In this document: positions 36,953 to 51,109 of the stretch, one piece after another | Layout: every line of letters starts with the position of its first letter | Numbering within the stretch: the stretch's first letter is position 1 | DNA from: Octopus bimaculoides | Taxonomy: Eukaryota | Length of the DNA: 64,000 nt | Direction of reading: 5' to 3' | NCBI RefSeq assembly: GCF_001194135.2 | Contig: NC_068996.1 | Coordinates: 53,053,377-53,117,376 of the forward strand | Position numbers and translations under genes: made by a program | Notes under the pieces: generated by a model | The model's database searches: none | What the model was told of the DNA's origin: nothing | The model's input: the letters and a program-made list of their open reading frames with translations, nothing else

Positions 36953-37127
36953 AGTTGAACCAAATATGAAACTGAATAGGAAGAAGCAAGAATATAGTCA
37001 AAGATAACCAACCAAGAATATAACCAAATCATGAAAACCATAGAATGAAACTGAATAGAAAGAAACAAGAATAAACCCAGAAATGAAAAACTAAGAATAG
37101 ACTATACAAAAATACACACTAAACAAT

Positions 37128-37162
<35 letters not shown>

Positions 37163-37714
37163 ATACTCAAGTCTATTGCACTGCCAAAATGCTCTCTTTG
37201 AGATAGCATGTTAGCAGTATTTTGAGCATGTGTCTGTGTGTGTGTACAGCAGACTTCTACATGATTCCTGCTGATGAAATTCCACTCACAAGATTTTTGT
37301 CAACTGTAAGTTAAAACAAAAGATACTTGTCCAAGAATCCACACAGTGGGACTGAACCGAAAAACCATGTGATTATGTGTTTTGGTTTTATATCATTTCA
37401 CTGTAAATCATTGAAGCTACTTTTTCTTAAGAACCATTTGTAAAACAAGAGAGATGATGTGTTGAAAGAAATAATTCATTGAAGATTCGGTACCTTTCAG
37501 TTTTGAGAGCTTCTTATCTTGATATTCTGTGATCAAGGCAGTGTGCTGCCAGAAACGTTTGCATTCCAGGAAAAATGCCTAGTGGTACTTCGTCAAAAGG
37601 TTACTAGGGGTTCTGTGAGAAAGAGTGAGATAAGCTAATGCTAATTTCATGATCGTAATATTAATATACATGCACAACATATTATTGGTTATTGTAATAT
37701 TGTAATATAAGCAA

Positions 37715-37960
37715 GGCGGCAAGCTGGAAGAAATGGTAGCACGCCGGATGAAATGCTTAGCAGACGTTAAATGACGATGATGATGATAATGATGATATTT
37801 CATCTGTCTTTACACATTGAGTTCAAATTCCACCAAGGTCGACTTTGCCTTTCATCCCTTCGGGGTCAATAAATTAAGTACCAGTTGCATACTGGGTCGA
37901 TCTAATCAACTGGCCCCCTCCCCAAAAATTTCGGACCTTGTGCCTAGAGTAGAAAAGAAT
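37715..37960 (+). mobile_element. Family-B SINE with an RTE-tail-like (GAT)n snippet inside the head
   Basis: GGCGGCAAGCTGG head, GAGTTCAAATTCC B-box, GACGTTAAATGACGATGATG insert. Confidence 0.7.
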
Positions 37961-38114
37961 ATTCTGTGATGAAATTCTAGTCAAATTTGGTTATTAACGA
38001 AAATGGCAAAAGTTTCTGATTGTTTTATTCACAGTTGGGATTTGAAAGTGAGGGAAATTGGTTAGCAATGTCAAAAAGTTGACTTCCTTGGGAATAGGAT
38101 GCTCTCACTCATTT

Positions 38115-38440
38115 GGCACTCCACCATTTATGATGAGGAGGGTTCCAGTTAATCCGATCAATGGAACAGCTTGTTCATGAAATTAACATGCAAGTGGCTT
38201 AGTACTCCACAAACACTCCCTACTCTTAACGCAGTTCTTAGGGAGATTCAGCATGAAACAGAATGTGACAAGTCTGGCCCCTTTGAAATACAGGTACAAC
38301 CCATTTTTTGCAGCTGAGTAAACTGGAGCAATGTGAAATAAAGTATCTTGTTCAGGACACAACACACCACCAGGAACTGAACTCACGACCTTATGATTGT
38401 GAGCCAAACACTCTCACCACTAAGCCATGTGCCTTCACTC
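38115..38440 (-). mobile_element. Full-length family-C SINE
   Basis: Collinear with 22830-23075 plus the tRNA head. Confidence 0.8.
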
Positions 38441-38554
38441 TCACCTATTTAGTGATTTAGATGTATCCCTAGTGAAATAGTTCTGGAGTGCATTGTTTAA
38501 ATGCAAGGAAGGGTAAGACGGATTAGAGATAGAGATATAGATGTAATATCGCAT

Positions 38555-39400
38555 ACTAGAAAAACCCTACTGTTCAACAAAGGTTTGGCTTGGATCAAGC
38601 AAACTGACCAGTAGGCTCATTTGGCATGTGAATATCTGCAACCTCATAGGATTATATATACTGGACATATTAACAAAGAGGTTTTCATCAGTCCTTTTTG
38701 GTCTATAAAGAGATGATGGTTTAGCTATCTCTAAGGGCACTAACAGAGACACCCTAGATGAACTATGGAAGGGCCTGATTCCCATGCTTAGCTCCATTGG
38801 TCTTAAGATTACAATTGAGACCAATTTTACCACTCGATTTGGGTATCTGTTTAAAAAGGCCTCACTGCAAGAAAGAACCTTCCAAAAGGTGTCAAGAGGA
38901 CTTCAAACCTGTCCTTAAATAGAGATTTTTTATGCTGCACCCCACCCCCATTACAATGAGGCTCTGATGTCCAGTGGGTTTTAAGGACCACATCTCCTTT
39001 ATACCGGGACCTAATTCCCACAAAAGAAAGCATCATTGTAAGGTCATTTGGTTTTCCCCACCTTTTTCACTCAACATCAAGATCTGCATGGAAAGGATCT
39101 TCCTTAGATTAGTGGACAAGCATTTCACACAATCCCATAGGTATGGACAATGATTTAATAGACACGACTTAAGGGTTTCATTCAGCTATAACATGCAATT
39201 AAAAGTCAAAGTCTATATAATGGTTAAACTTCTTAATCACTGATGATTTTGTCCTAGAAAGACCACAGTCATAATAGTTAATTCAGTCTCCTTAAGCTTG
39301 GACTGACTTTCTCCCCATAAAGCTAAAAGTTATTGAAATACATCTGGAAAGGTCCTGCTGCCCAACACACAAATTTCCTAGACAACATCCAAAAAGAATG
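38555..39400 (+). mobile_element. Penelope-like element RT relic, copy 2
   Basis: LFNKGLAWIK, ICNLIGLYILDIL...GL*RDDGLAI, LKITIETN; then W..PPFSLN....IFLRLVDKHF...NRH.L.VSFS linker. Confidence 0.78.
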
Positions 39401-40539
39401 CCATCTGTTTGATTGGCAAGGAATCTTTCACCAACACATTTAAGTGTTGTCTTCTCTCACTCTTCTTTTTCTGTCAATACTACAATGTCCCCTGCTCTTC
39501 TAAGCTCAGACTCACTGCATCCAGACTAACCCCACCACTGCACATACATTCATTAGTGAGTCCAATTCTTTCTTCTCATAACTTCAAACCTCTAGGATTC
39601 CTTACCTGCCTTCATGCATGTGTGTGTCTTCTTTCTCCATAAATGTTCAAACCAAATACAAAACCCCAGAGGGCCTATGAAGGTCACAGGCAGTTCCTTC
39701 TTCGCTAAGACAGTAAATTAAAAGATTAGTGCACACGTGGATTTAAGTATCGAATTTAGGGAAAGATAATCTTATCAGACAGAATTGCATTTTGAATTTG
39801 AAGTCTTAATCTGGCAATGATTAGACAACGGACAATACTTAACGAAATTTGAGAGTAATGATAATCGGATCTTGAGGATAAACGGCATCATATTGGTAAT
39901 ATGCATGTACGTATGTATGAATACATGAATGTGTGCACGTATGTATTGTATGAATGAATTGTATGTATGCATGTATATATATATATATATATATTGTATG
40001 AACATATGTATGGATGATAACACGTATGTATGCATTCACATACGTGTGTGTGTGTGTGTGTGTGTGTGTGCATCTGTGTGTATGTATGCATGTATGTGTG
40101 AGTGTACGTATGTGTGATTGTGTGTAAATGGAAGTGCACGTGCGCGCGCGTAGCAATTTATAAACAAGCTGGAGTTCTTCAAATTCAAATACTTGTGGAT
40201 TTTAAACAAGGAAATAAAAAAGAAAACCAAAAGTACACGCACTTCTAATCGAATCACATGAATTAACGACAAGTCACAAGTAAAAATGTTTAAACTTGTA
40301 AAATGTAAAACAAAACAAACTCGAATATAACCTGATGAATTTGTCGATAGAAATATATCGCAATTACTGCACTAGTTGAATGAATGACACTATTATTTAA
40401 ACGAGCTAAATTGATGTAAGGCTAATTGTCGAATGTGGCTGATATAAATAAACATCAGAATGCGACTAATTAATGAAAAGTTTATTTATTTATTTATTTA
40501 TGAGATCAAACAAATCCGCTGTAACGTAAAATAAGAGAC

Positions 40540-41060
40540 GATGAGATCAATACAAAAAGAAGAGTGAGAAAAATAGAAAGGAAGTTTGAGATCGATAGAA
40601 AAACTGAGCAAAGAGTGTGTGAGATAAGGCGTGAAGGAAATGACAGGTAAAACAATAACCCATATCACCAGCAAGGTAAAAAAAAAGACATATTGGCAAA
40701 AAAGAAAGTGTAAGAGAGACTAATAGAAGAATAAGGTGTACGAATTTGTAGATGAAAGGGAGGAAGAAATGAAAGAGACAGAGGAGAGAGATAGAGGAGG
40801 GAGAATGCTGGAGAAGGGGTGAGAATAGTAAGAGAGATGAAAAACGAAAGTAATAAGAGAGGAAGAGCGAGAATAGAGAGAGAGAACTGGGGTGATGCGG
40901 GAATAGTGAAAGAAAGAGATAGGAGAAAATTAATGAGGGAGAAGATGAGAGAGTGAGTGATAGAGAAAGATAGAGAGTGACTGAGAGAGAAAGTGAGTGA
41001 GAGAGACAGACAGATAGTGTGTGTTAGAAAAGAGAGAGATTGAGAGAGAGTGACAGGAAC
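40540..41060. repeat. Purine-rich (GA)-type low-complexity tract upstream of CDIPT
   Basis: Direct inspection. Confidence 0.7.
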
Positions 41061-41355
41061 TGGTGTGTTTTAAACAGGAAGAGGCAAAACCTCGTCTGTA
41101 GTTCCTAGACTGCTGCTACCAACTGTAATATTCATAAGATAGACAACAGTTGGAAGACATAAAGACTCCTCCTCTGTTGCTGCTGCTGCTGCCGCCACCA
41201 CCACCGTCACCATCAACAACAGCACTGACTTAGAAGAAAAAGAAAAAGAAACAAATAATAAACGGTGCACAACAGAGAGAGAACAAACAAACACCAGCGG
41301 GAACTAATAACAATTATACAGAGGCAGACAGAAAGAAATTGAAAATTAAACCGAC

Positions 41356-41407
41356 ATGTCAAGTGAAAGTGTCGAGACCATCTTTCTGTTCGTTCCGAAC
41401 CTGATAG
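41356..41407 (+). CDS. CDIPT: CDIPT exon 1 (MSSESVETIFLFVPNLI)
   Basis: ATG at 41356; donor AG|GTAAGT at 41408; phase 1. Confidence 0.93.
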
Positions 41408-41713
41408 GTAAGTTAGAAACATGTGAATGAAACATGTTGGAGTTTTATTGTTGAGTTGTTGCTGAATGTTGTTGGTGGTAGTTGTTGTTTCCAGTCTTCA
41501 TTACATGGTAAACAAACCATATTGGTGTTGTTGCCTCGATACATATTAAATGTTTGTTTATATTAATTTTGTCAAATGAGTTGGATGAAGGTCAAATTAA
41601 TTCACTTACATCGTTTCGGTTAATTGATATTATCCCTATAACATTTTATTCCTATAGATTCCATCACAGGATTCTACAGAGAGAGAGAGAGAGAGAGAAT
41701 ATAAGGAAGTGTA

Positions 41714-41777
<64 letters not shown>

Positions 41778-41885
41778 AATAATAAGGGTAGAAATTGATA
41801 TTAATCAATTAAAACCAGTAGATGATTCGGCATCTATTTCTAGCATATAGGAGTCCACTTTTGCTGGTCATTCCTCTTATTTTTG

Positions 41886-41921
<36 letters not shown>

Positions 41922-43529
41922 AACACATATATTCGGTATTGTTTTAGTCTGTTGGCACACACATACACGCACAATGTTTTGATCTGTTCTCTCTCTCACA
42001 CACACACGTGTATGTGTGTGTGTGTGTTTTGATAATCAAAATTAACGTCTTTCTTGATTTCAGGCTGGCTTCTGTTGATTTTATTTTTAACAGACTTAAA
42101 TGGATGTTTTGTGTAATAATAATGATAAATACGGTGTCAGTAATTGAACTGAACAATGGTAACTTAATTTATTCTTGATTCCACAAACATCCCCTTTTAA
42201 AGTAAGGGGTTATGTGTATATACATATATATGTGTGTGTGTGTGTGTGTGTATCAGTTGATTTAACAGCAGTATATAACTGGTATATTTATTGATTTCCA
42301 GTACAACGAGAAGTTGAATAAAACGAAATATATTCAGTTTTAGTTTCATTAGTAATAATTCATTAACGTTCTCTGTTTTTAATCTATCGACACCATTTGC
42401 AGAATATTTGGAATTGAATATTTTACATGATTACTGTAAAAATGGTGATTTTCGACTGTCTGCGAGTTGCTATTATAATTTATTCAATGTCAGATTTGTA
42501 TTTGATAACATTTGTTGATCTCTAAGCTCATTTTAAACTTACTATTTTCAGTTTAATCTAATATGATTAATCATTAGATGGATGGATGATAGATGATGGA
42601 TGATTGATAGATGGATGATTGATAGACAAATAGATGGATGATAGATAGAAAGACAGACAATATGAGATAGATGTACATGATTTCATCTGTTGAATATTTT
42701 GTGGATTCATTCATAGCTAAATACCTAAATATTTTACACACATTGTGTTTGTATACATGAATCTATCCTCTGTCTCTCTATTTATCGATCTTTCTGTGGA
42801 TATTTCGATGTTAAATATTGTTTGATATGGCTTGGACATTTTTTTTATAGATAAGCAAATATACATATGCGACGGAATCGACTCAAAATTGTTGATATTT
42901 ATTTTATCGACCATTGTAAATCATCTAGTTCGATGCTGTACTCTGGTTTATCATCTTCCATGCTCTTGTATCATTTTGCTAGAGTTATTTTGAAACTAGG
43001 TATCAAAATAGTATTGTTTCCTGTATTGTGTATATCGATAAGCCAAATACGCATCGAACTGTTATTGGGCTGCGAGATTTAAATGGATTAGATTCAGATG
43101 TGGTGATGATGATGGTGGTGGTGGTGGTGGTATATGTGTGAGCGCGTGTGAACGACAGGTAGTCATGGCCCGAACAAGTGATTATTTTAATTCTTTTTTC
43201 AGTTGCACTGGTTGGTTAATCTACCATATCTGTTAGGTTGGCCCATTTACGTTAACACACCCTCATACATAAACACACACGTAGTTCTGGACTGGAATTA
43301 AAGCCCTATATATATATATATATTATAATTTAGGGTACTTTCTGGTTATTTTTTACTTTGTTCGTAGTATGATGAAGATACGTTAAATTGTAAACATACT
43401 ACAATTTAATATATATATGGGTGGAAGGTATGTAGGTAGGTGGGTATACATGCACAAACACACTATTTTAAAGAATGGATTGTGACATTGTATTTTGTAT
43501 ATGATGATCATTCCCTTTTTTTACTGACT

Positions 43530-45760
43530 TTGGAGGACAAGAAAGATCTGAGAAGAAGAGGAGGAGGAAAGTCCAGGGGTATGAATTTGTGGGGACGAAG
43601 GATTGGATAGATTGGTTAGTGCAAGGAAAGAGTGGTTGGACGCATCAAGGGTAACGAGAGGTGGAGACAAGTGGGACGGGGGTTGGCTGAGTGGTGGAGG
43701 TTCGAGACCAATCTGCTCCAAGGATCAGAGATTATTATAGTAATGTCAAATTACGTAAAGGATTCGGCACAGCATACCTGTGGGCTAGGGGCTGGAGTGT
43801 GTCCGTTATGGAATTCCAACCAGTCAAGTGGTCCTTTTGGGTGCGAATCACGATGTCAGTGTGTGAATGGGTGGGAGGTTGCAACATCGTCCCAGATGTG
43901 GGTGCAATAGTCTATTGTGGATCTCACATGAACCTTATAGAACGTCAACAGATGTTTGGGAACCGAAATATTTTCTGGTCTTGAAGATAAGGGCTAGTTT
44001 TTTTTTTAATGTAGTCCTAGATATGCTAAGAATGAATTTTTACCAAAACTGACCCTCACTAATAGTGAGACCCACATTTGGATCGACTGTGTGGGCTCTT
44101 GCTGAGAGCTGCTCATGTTTAGTGTGTATGGGGGCTATGGTGCAGAGGTGCTTTCGTAATATGAGTAGTGTTTGAGGGCTGTTTATTATTTTCTTTTCTG
44201 TTAAATGAGACAAACTTGGCATAGTCCCATTGGAGATTGAAGATCTCTTTATGGAATCAATGCAAGTTTGGCATGTGGCATATAGGTTGCATGTATATGA
44301 TGCATGATTAAGGAAGTTTAAAGATGAATGACAGGTTGGTCATCGGCAGAAGAGTGGGCCTTTTTGGATGTGGCAGTAAGAGATTGGTGCATAGAAAGGA
44401 ACCAACACCAGAATTGTTAGGGAGTAGAACAGTAAAAGCTTTGTTAAGACATATTGTAATGGTGTGATTTATTGGAAACTGCTGATTCAAGAGATAAGGA
44501 ACCCATTAGGAGTTTTTAATGGAAGATTTGCTTGCCAGATATGGTTGAAGGCTTTGCTGAACTTCTCTCAAGCAAAATCCCATTGTTGGACAACATAAGA
44601 GAATTGGTCTCCTGTAGATCTGGCTTTGCATAAGCCATATTGATTGTCACTGGAGAGAGAAATTCAAGGTGTTGAAGAATGTCTTGTAATGGCTGTCTTC
44701 ATTTCCTTAGAGATGTTTGAGGTGAGAGTAACAGGGCAGTAGTTGGATGGGTCAGAAGGGTTACCTCTCTTTGGAATACTGAATCACATTTCTGAATGTC
44801 ATTGTATATCCTTGAATAAAGTGAGAGATTAGAGTTTGGTGAGTATAAGAGCAAGTGGGACAATGCAATGTTTGAGTGTAATGAAAGAAACATTATAAGG
44901 ACCAGTGGATTTGTTTGAAGCAGCTGGAATTTTTTCTTCACTTGGCTTGTGTATATAAGTGGGGTGGAGTGCCTATTGGAATAAAAGGGGGTAGATTGGC
45001 TAAAGTGTGTAGAGGTTACATTCTTGAGTCATACTGAGTCATAAGGGGCTGGTTTCCCTGTTTTCCCACCTGAATGGGACGCCAGTCCCTCTCAAGATTA
45101 CTCATTTTTGCCAGCTGAGTGGACTGGAACAAAATGAAATTAAGTACCTTGCTCAAGAACACAACACGTCACCTGGTCTAGGAATTGAAACCATGATCTT
45201 ATGATCATGAGTCCTACACCCTAACCACTAAGCCATGCACCTCCTAAGGTGTGTAGAGTAGAAGTGTATGCAAAATGGGCAGAACAGGTAGAAGCTTTCT
45301 CTATGAAGGTACAACTTACAGAGCCATTGTTGTTTAGACGAGGAGGAAAAGAGGATTCTAAGGTTGGTGGAGATCCTTTTGGCAAGGGACCAGAAGGATG
45401 AGTTACAGTTTGGGAAATGGGGGAAAGTTTGAGGGTCTTGTGATACACAAAGGCATCTTTTGCATATCAGACTAGATAAGTATAGTATGGGGCTGGAATA
45501 CAAAAAGAAGGTGAATTGTTGTAAAGAGATGGGAAGAGCAAGGAATTCAGCTTCTGAGATGTCTGTGAGATTCCTAAAGAGTTGTGAGTATTGAAGTCAC
45601 CAAAAAGGATGACTTCAGAGAAGGGAGAAGAGAGACAGAAGAAGTCCTTAATATAGGAGAACTGGTCAAAGGGTTGTTTATGGTGTGAGTAGCTCAAGGA
45701 GTGATAGAGGAAGATGTACTTAGAAGGAATAAGAGAGGGGAAACTTTGAACCAGAATAAC
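43530..45760 (-). mobile_element. Long degraded CR1/L2-like LINE (APE endonuclease + RT) interrupted by a family-C SINE (45030-45245)
   Basis: EVILFGDFNTHN (APE), NSGV..GSFL (RT), HVRSTIDYCTHIW...LQPLAHR C-terminal motifs. Confidence 0.7.
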
Positions 45761-46106
45761 TGGAAGTCATTTATGCCAAAATCTAAATGAAAAAAAAGGA
45801 AAATTAAGATTAGTTATATGTAGGTAATGTATCCTCCCCTGGAAGACATGATGCAGACCGTAAATCCCGTACAATCTCACCTGCTGTGGGTCAGTACTTC
45901 CCCACCAAATGAACTCATGGCCACATGGTTGAGAAGCAAGCTTTTTGACTACACAGCCATACCTGTGCCTGTATGTGTATGTACACATGGAGCAATGTCA
46001 AATGAAATGTCTTGCTGAAGAGAAAAAACACATTGCCACTCTGGGAATTGAAACTACAGTCTTGCAATCATGAGTGCAACACCCAAACCTTATTTGACCT
46101 CGTGCC

Positions 46107-46148
<42 letters not shown>

Positions 46149-46404
46149 TGATATATATTTATATATGTGTGGTATGTTTGCTTCCCAACCACATGGTTCC
46201 AAGCTCAATTGCATTGCATGGCATCTTGAATAAGTGTCTCCTACTATAGCCCTGAACCAACCAAAGCCTTGTGTGAGTGGATCTGGTAGACAGAAACTGA
46301 AAGAAACTCAGCATGTGTATGTATGTATGTATGTATGTATGTATGTATCTGTCTGTCTATGTATAGTATAGTATAGTATAGTATAGTATAGTATAGTATA
46401 ATAT

Positions 46405-47115
46405 AGTAGGTTGAGTAAAAAGTAAGCAACATCTTGAACCATGAAGAATTTGTACTGGATTTGTGCAGAGATTAGAATTTTTGTTAAGCATTTTTTTGCA
46501 ATTGTCTGAAAATACAGACGTAGACTTGCTCAAATACCTCAATAAATTAACATTAATATTTCTTTTGCCATTGTTATAATCATCTGAAACGGAACTGTCA
46601 AAGCACAATATTTGAGCAATTTTGCTGTTCAACTTCAAAATAGGACATAAAGTAGCTGAAACTGCTTGCGATATCAACGAAATGGTTGGTGAGGAAATGA
46701 CCAGTGAGTGGTCAGCTTGAAAATGGTTTAAACGATTTTGCAGTGGAGACCTGAACTTTGAAGATCGTGAGTGTAGTGGACACCCATCTGTCATCGATAA
46801 CAGTCAATTATAGACCATCATTGAGAAAGATCCATGTAAAACCACTCGAGAACTGGTAAAAGAACTTCAAGTCAGCCAGAAAACAGCTGGCAACCATTTG
46901 CATGCGATTGGAAAATCAAAAAAGCTTGATAAATGGGTATTACACAATTTGAAGAAAATCAGAAAATGCACAGATATGAAATTTACTCATCACTTTTTCT
47001 CCATAACCAGACTGTTCCATTTCTCAACCGTATTGTAACTTGTGATGAAAAGTGGACTCTGTACAATAATAAAAAACGTTCTTCGCAGTGGTTGGACCAA
47101 AATGAAGCACTTTCG
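46405..47115 (+). mobile_element. Mariner (Hsmar1/cecropia-like) 5' half inserted into a family-A SINE microsatellite
   Basis: GHKVAETACDIN, WFKRFCSGDLNFED, KLDKWV.H, FLNRIVTCDEKW.LYNN; stops and a frameshift. Confidence 0.85.
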
Positions 47116-47124
47116 TAGAGGTAG

Positions 47125-48000
47125 TTGCATTGAGATGGGGAGATAGCTTTTTCTTTTTAATTCTGGTTAGGTAAGATATGAAATTGTCTGTACAGCTATA
47201 ATTTACTTTGAGGTTGTATCTATTAAAAATTTTGTGTAAGTTATGGTCACTTGAGAAGTGTCTGTTTATTACATTTACGAAGGCTCTGGCAATATTTGGT
47301 TCTAATGTTTAAACTTTTTCTTTTTCTCCTAACATTTAAGTGTCCTTGTTGAGGGATGTATTTTATCCTTTTGCTAAAGTCACTTCTTCTCATGGTTTCA
47401 TCATCAAATATAGCAACACAGTCAAAAATTTCCGTATTGAATAATATTTTTGATACTTTTTTTTACTAATGTTACAAGTCCTTGAAGATGTTGGGTGGGT
47501 GAAAAGTAGTTTTATTAATGTAATGTATGATCTTGTTCTATTTTCTATAGGGGCTGTAAGTTTCTAGTACTAGGACCATAGTGAGGTCTAAAATGTTTTC
47601 TATGTTACTGTTTGTACTAAGAGTAATTCCGAGGACAAAGCTTTTAAACTCATCAAGTCTTTTTTTTTTATGTCATTCTAATTGGTACCCATTTTTATTG
47701 AATGGTGTTGTAAGATCATCATCTCAAGACAATCCTAATTCTATAAAGTTAAATCTGGATATTGCATTGTCTAAAATAAATAGACCTATAAGGTTGCAGA
47801 TTTCTGCTCAATCATAGCCTCCCATTAGAACATTGAAAAATTCTGGTCCATTATGTTTTACCCAGGAAATTTTGTCAAAAGATAGGAGTGACTTTCTGTT
47901 ATGCATAATGAAATCTATGTCCAGGCCTGAAATTGTGACATACCTGCAGGCAAAATTTAAGGCTTTTATTAATAAGTTCTCAGCGATAGAAAGGTAAAAA
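47125..48000 (-). mobile_element. Penelope-like element RT relic, copy 3
   Basis: WVKHNGPEFFNVLMGGYD*AEICNLIGLFILD...; IFNRYNLKVNYSCTDN linker. Confidence 0.78.
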
Positions 48001-49089
48001 TCATATCAAACCAGTCTGTCTGTCACCAAGGAATATATATACACATATATTTGTGTGTGTGTGTGTGTGGCAGATGATAAATATTCCTGACAGGCTGTGA
48101 TTGTGGAACAGCTTTGCTTGTTGCATAAAGCAGTGACAATATTGGCAGTAGTTACAACACTACAACTCTCTCCTCCTCCTCCTCCTCCTCTGAAATCAGT
48201 AGAGTTGGTCAGTTGTCAATCAATCCCACTTTTACTATTTAAAATGTCAAACATCCATCACATTTCATTTGTGTAATATCAATGAAATATTAATTGCACA
48301 AATTTTAATAACAACATTCGTTAATGGATATGTGCAGCTCTTTACATTCTGAGTTCAGATTCCACCAAGGTGGACTTTGCCTTTCATCCTTTCAGGGTCA
48401 TTAAAGATTAAGTACCTGTTGAGTACAAAGGTCAATGTAAATGATTAACACCTTGTTGCCAAAATGAAATTTGCATTAATGGATATGTGTGTGTGTATCT
48501 GCTTCTATGTAACCCTGACCACCATCTCTGTCATTATACATTTTCTCTCTCTCTCTTCACCACAAACTTCCTTTACCTGTCTACCCCTACCTATAATCTT
48601 CTTATTTCTCATCTACCTGCAGTGTTGTTATACTGCTACTCTTTACTCTTTATCTATGGTCATTTATCACAGCCTTTCCTGAGTCAATTCTAATTTTTAT
48701 CAGCTTCCCACCTGCAACTCACATTTACCAGCTGTCTCACCTCTACCCTTGCCCACCATTCACTATGTTCACCTCTATCTCTATCTGTTTCTCATTCTCT
48801 CCTCACACTCTTCCCAATCTTTCCTGTTCTCTCTTACACTCACCTTCTGCCTTCAGTACACCCTCACACGTCATCACCATCATCTTTACTTCTTTCTCCA
48901 CCTGCTCCCACCTGTCCTTACATAATACAAGATAGTCATATATCTCTCCAAGAGCAACACACATCTACCATAATTTATCTTCTCAACACCTCCCATAAAG
49001 CCATCTCTGTCTCTCTCTTCTACAACCCCACTCTGTTGAAGGGGCTTTTTTTTTTTTTATATCTTGTGAGTTAACATGGTAATATCATC

Positions 49090-49392
49090 TGTACCTGTGT
49101 CTCAAAAAGAAGCACTCAGTTACACTCTGTAAAATGGTTGGCATTAGGAAGGGAAGCATCCAACTATTGAAACCATGTCAAAGCAGACATCGGAACTTGA
49201 TGCAGTCTTCCATATTGGATCCTATTAAACTGTTCTACCCTTGCCAACATGGAAAGCTTAAATGATGATATGGTGTTAGGAAGGGCATCCAGGTGTAGAA
49301 ACACTGCCAAATCAGATTGGAGCCTGGTGTAGCCATCTGGTTTCACCAGTCCTCAGTCAAATCGTCCAACCCATGCTAGCATGGAAAGCAGA
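49090..49392 (+). mobile_element. Two abutting RTE 3'-tail fragments
   Basis: TTAGGAAGGG core twice; AAACGACGATGATG end. Confidence 0.7.
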
Positions 49393-49494
49393 TGTTAAAC
49401 GACGATGATGTCAGTTTTGATTATTTTGATTAACACTTATCTCTCAACGTTTTTAGCCTTGTGCCTTAATCAGAACCTAATGATGATAACAAGG

Positions 49495-49712
49495 TGGTGA
49501 GCTGGAAAATCATTAGCACATTGGGCAAAATACTTAGCAGTATTTCATCTGTCCATATGTTCTGAGTTCAAATTCTGCTGAGGTCGACTTTGCCTTTCAT
49601 CCTTTTGGGGTAAGTAAAATAAGTACGAGTATAATATTGGAGTCAATGTTATTGACTATCTCCCTCCCCCAAATTCCAGGCCTTGTGCCTATAGTAGAAA
49701 AGATTATTATTA
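49495..49712 (+). mobile_element. Family-B SINE whose (TTA)n tail borders the R4/Dong stack
   Basis: Homology to the 37715 copy; another copy at about 48325-48470. Confidence 0.7.
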
Positions 49713-51105
49713 TTGTTATTCAACATTTGGTAGTTTCAGGCAAGTTTCTACTGCACCACCAACTACACCTTCATGTTGCTGGGGTGTGTGCAGCATTGTG
49801 TGCTCTTTTTTGTTGTTGGGAGTGTGAAAACTCTTCCTGGTATTTTATTGTGTCAGTTTCTTTCCTTCGTGGGGTGTGCTGCATTCTTTGTTGTACTAGT
49901 GTTTGTATTGTGAATTGTGTGTGGATATCTAGCCTGTTGGTGATAGTTTATTTCATTGGATATTTGCTATATCGAGTGTATCTTGTGTTTGTGGGTTGTT
50001 TTCTTTGGGTTGTATTATTTAATTGATGGTGTCTTACTTAGAATGTGGGCTGTTCCTAACAGAGCTATCTTTTTGAATAGTGTGTAGTGTTGAGGATCCA
50101 GGTGTAGCTTCTACATTTTTGTTCATATCTTTTATTATCATTCCCACTGTACCAGTTATTACTGGTATTGTTTTCACCTTTATGCCCCACATCTTGAATA
50201 TTTCAATTTCAAGGTCTTTGCACTTTGACAATTTCTCCACTTCTTTTTGGACAACATTTTGGTCAGAAGGGATTGCAATGTCTATCAGTAAGCAGGTGGA
50301 TTTTTGTCTGGGCAATTAGTTTTTATTTCTTTCTTTGAACAGGTATTGTTGCCTGGTCATTGTCATTTACTTCGTCTGGCACATGTTTATACCTTTTCTT
50401 GTTAGTTTTTATGTTTTAATGTTGGTATATTGTTCAGTGGATAAAATTACTTACTCGGTTGTGTCTGTATATATATTCAAATTTGACAAGGACTGGACAG
50501 CCAGAGACGATGTGGTTGACTGTCTCATTGAGCTGATTGCACATTCTGCATTTGGTATGAGATCCTGTTTTCATTATTTTGCTTTTATAGTTGTTCGTAG
50601 TGAGGCATTGGTCTTGTGCCGTGAGAATCAGTCTTTCTGTTTCGGCTTTTAGTCCAGAGCTTTTGAACCATTGTTGGCTTTTACTTAAGCTCACTTCCTC
50701 TCTGTCAAGCCTTGCAGGATATTGGCCATGGAATGACTTTTCTCTCCGTTTCTTCTTTAGTATGTTTTATAATTCTGTTTCCATGTTATTTGTTTGTCTC
50801 TTTAACCATTTCTGTTATACTGTCATCTGAATCAGTGTAGTTTGCTTCTGTTTTGTATTTTGTTGCCTCCTTGTGTGTATAGAGAAAAGTGTTTTCTTTT
50901 TCACATGTTGCTTTATTACATGTGATAGTCTTCCACTGTTTGTACTTTTCTAGTCCAACTGTTGTTATTTTATAGTAGTTCTCTATCTGTGTCCGGCCAT
51001 GGCCTCCTTTTGAGCTGGGTAGATATATTCTTTCTGTGTTTGCTTTGGGGTTGTGACTTCAGTCTGCTGTTAATAGCTTTCTGGCTTTTCTAAATTTCTC
51101 AATTC
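49712..51105 (-). mobile_element. 5'-truncated R4/Dong-like non-LTR element (CCHC finger + restriction-like endonuclease), copy 1
   Basis: GLKAETE.LILTAQDQ.L, CRMCNQLNETVNHIVSGCP..EY..RHN, LLIDIAIP..KE.EKL.K.KDL; 3' UTR ending in (TAA)n. Confidence 0.8.
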
Positions 51106-51109
51106 ACTG

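Noticed and set aside
37529-37560. GGCAG-tgtg-CTGCC-a-GAAACGTT hammerhead-like segment
   Set aside because: The 5' core is GTGATCA rather than CUGANGA, there is an extra base, and no stem I; at best a relic.
40333-40360. CTGATGA...GAAATATATC
   Set aside because: No credible stem II or stem I.
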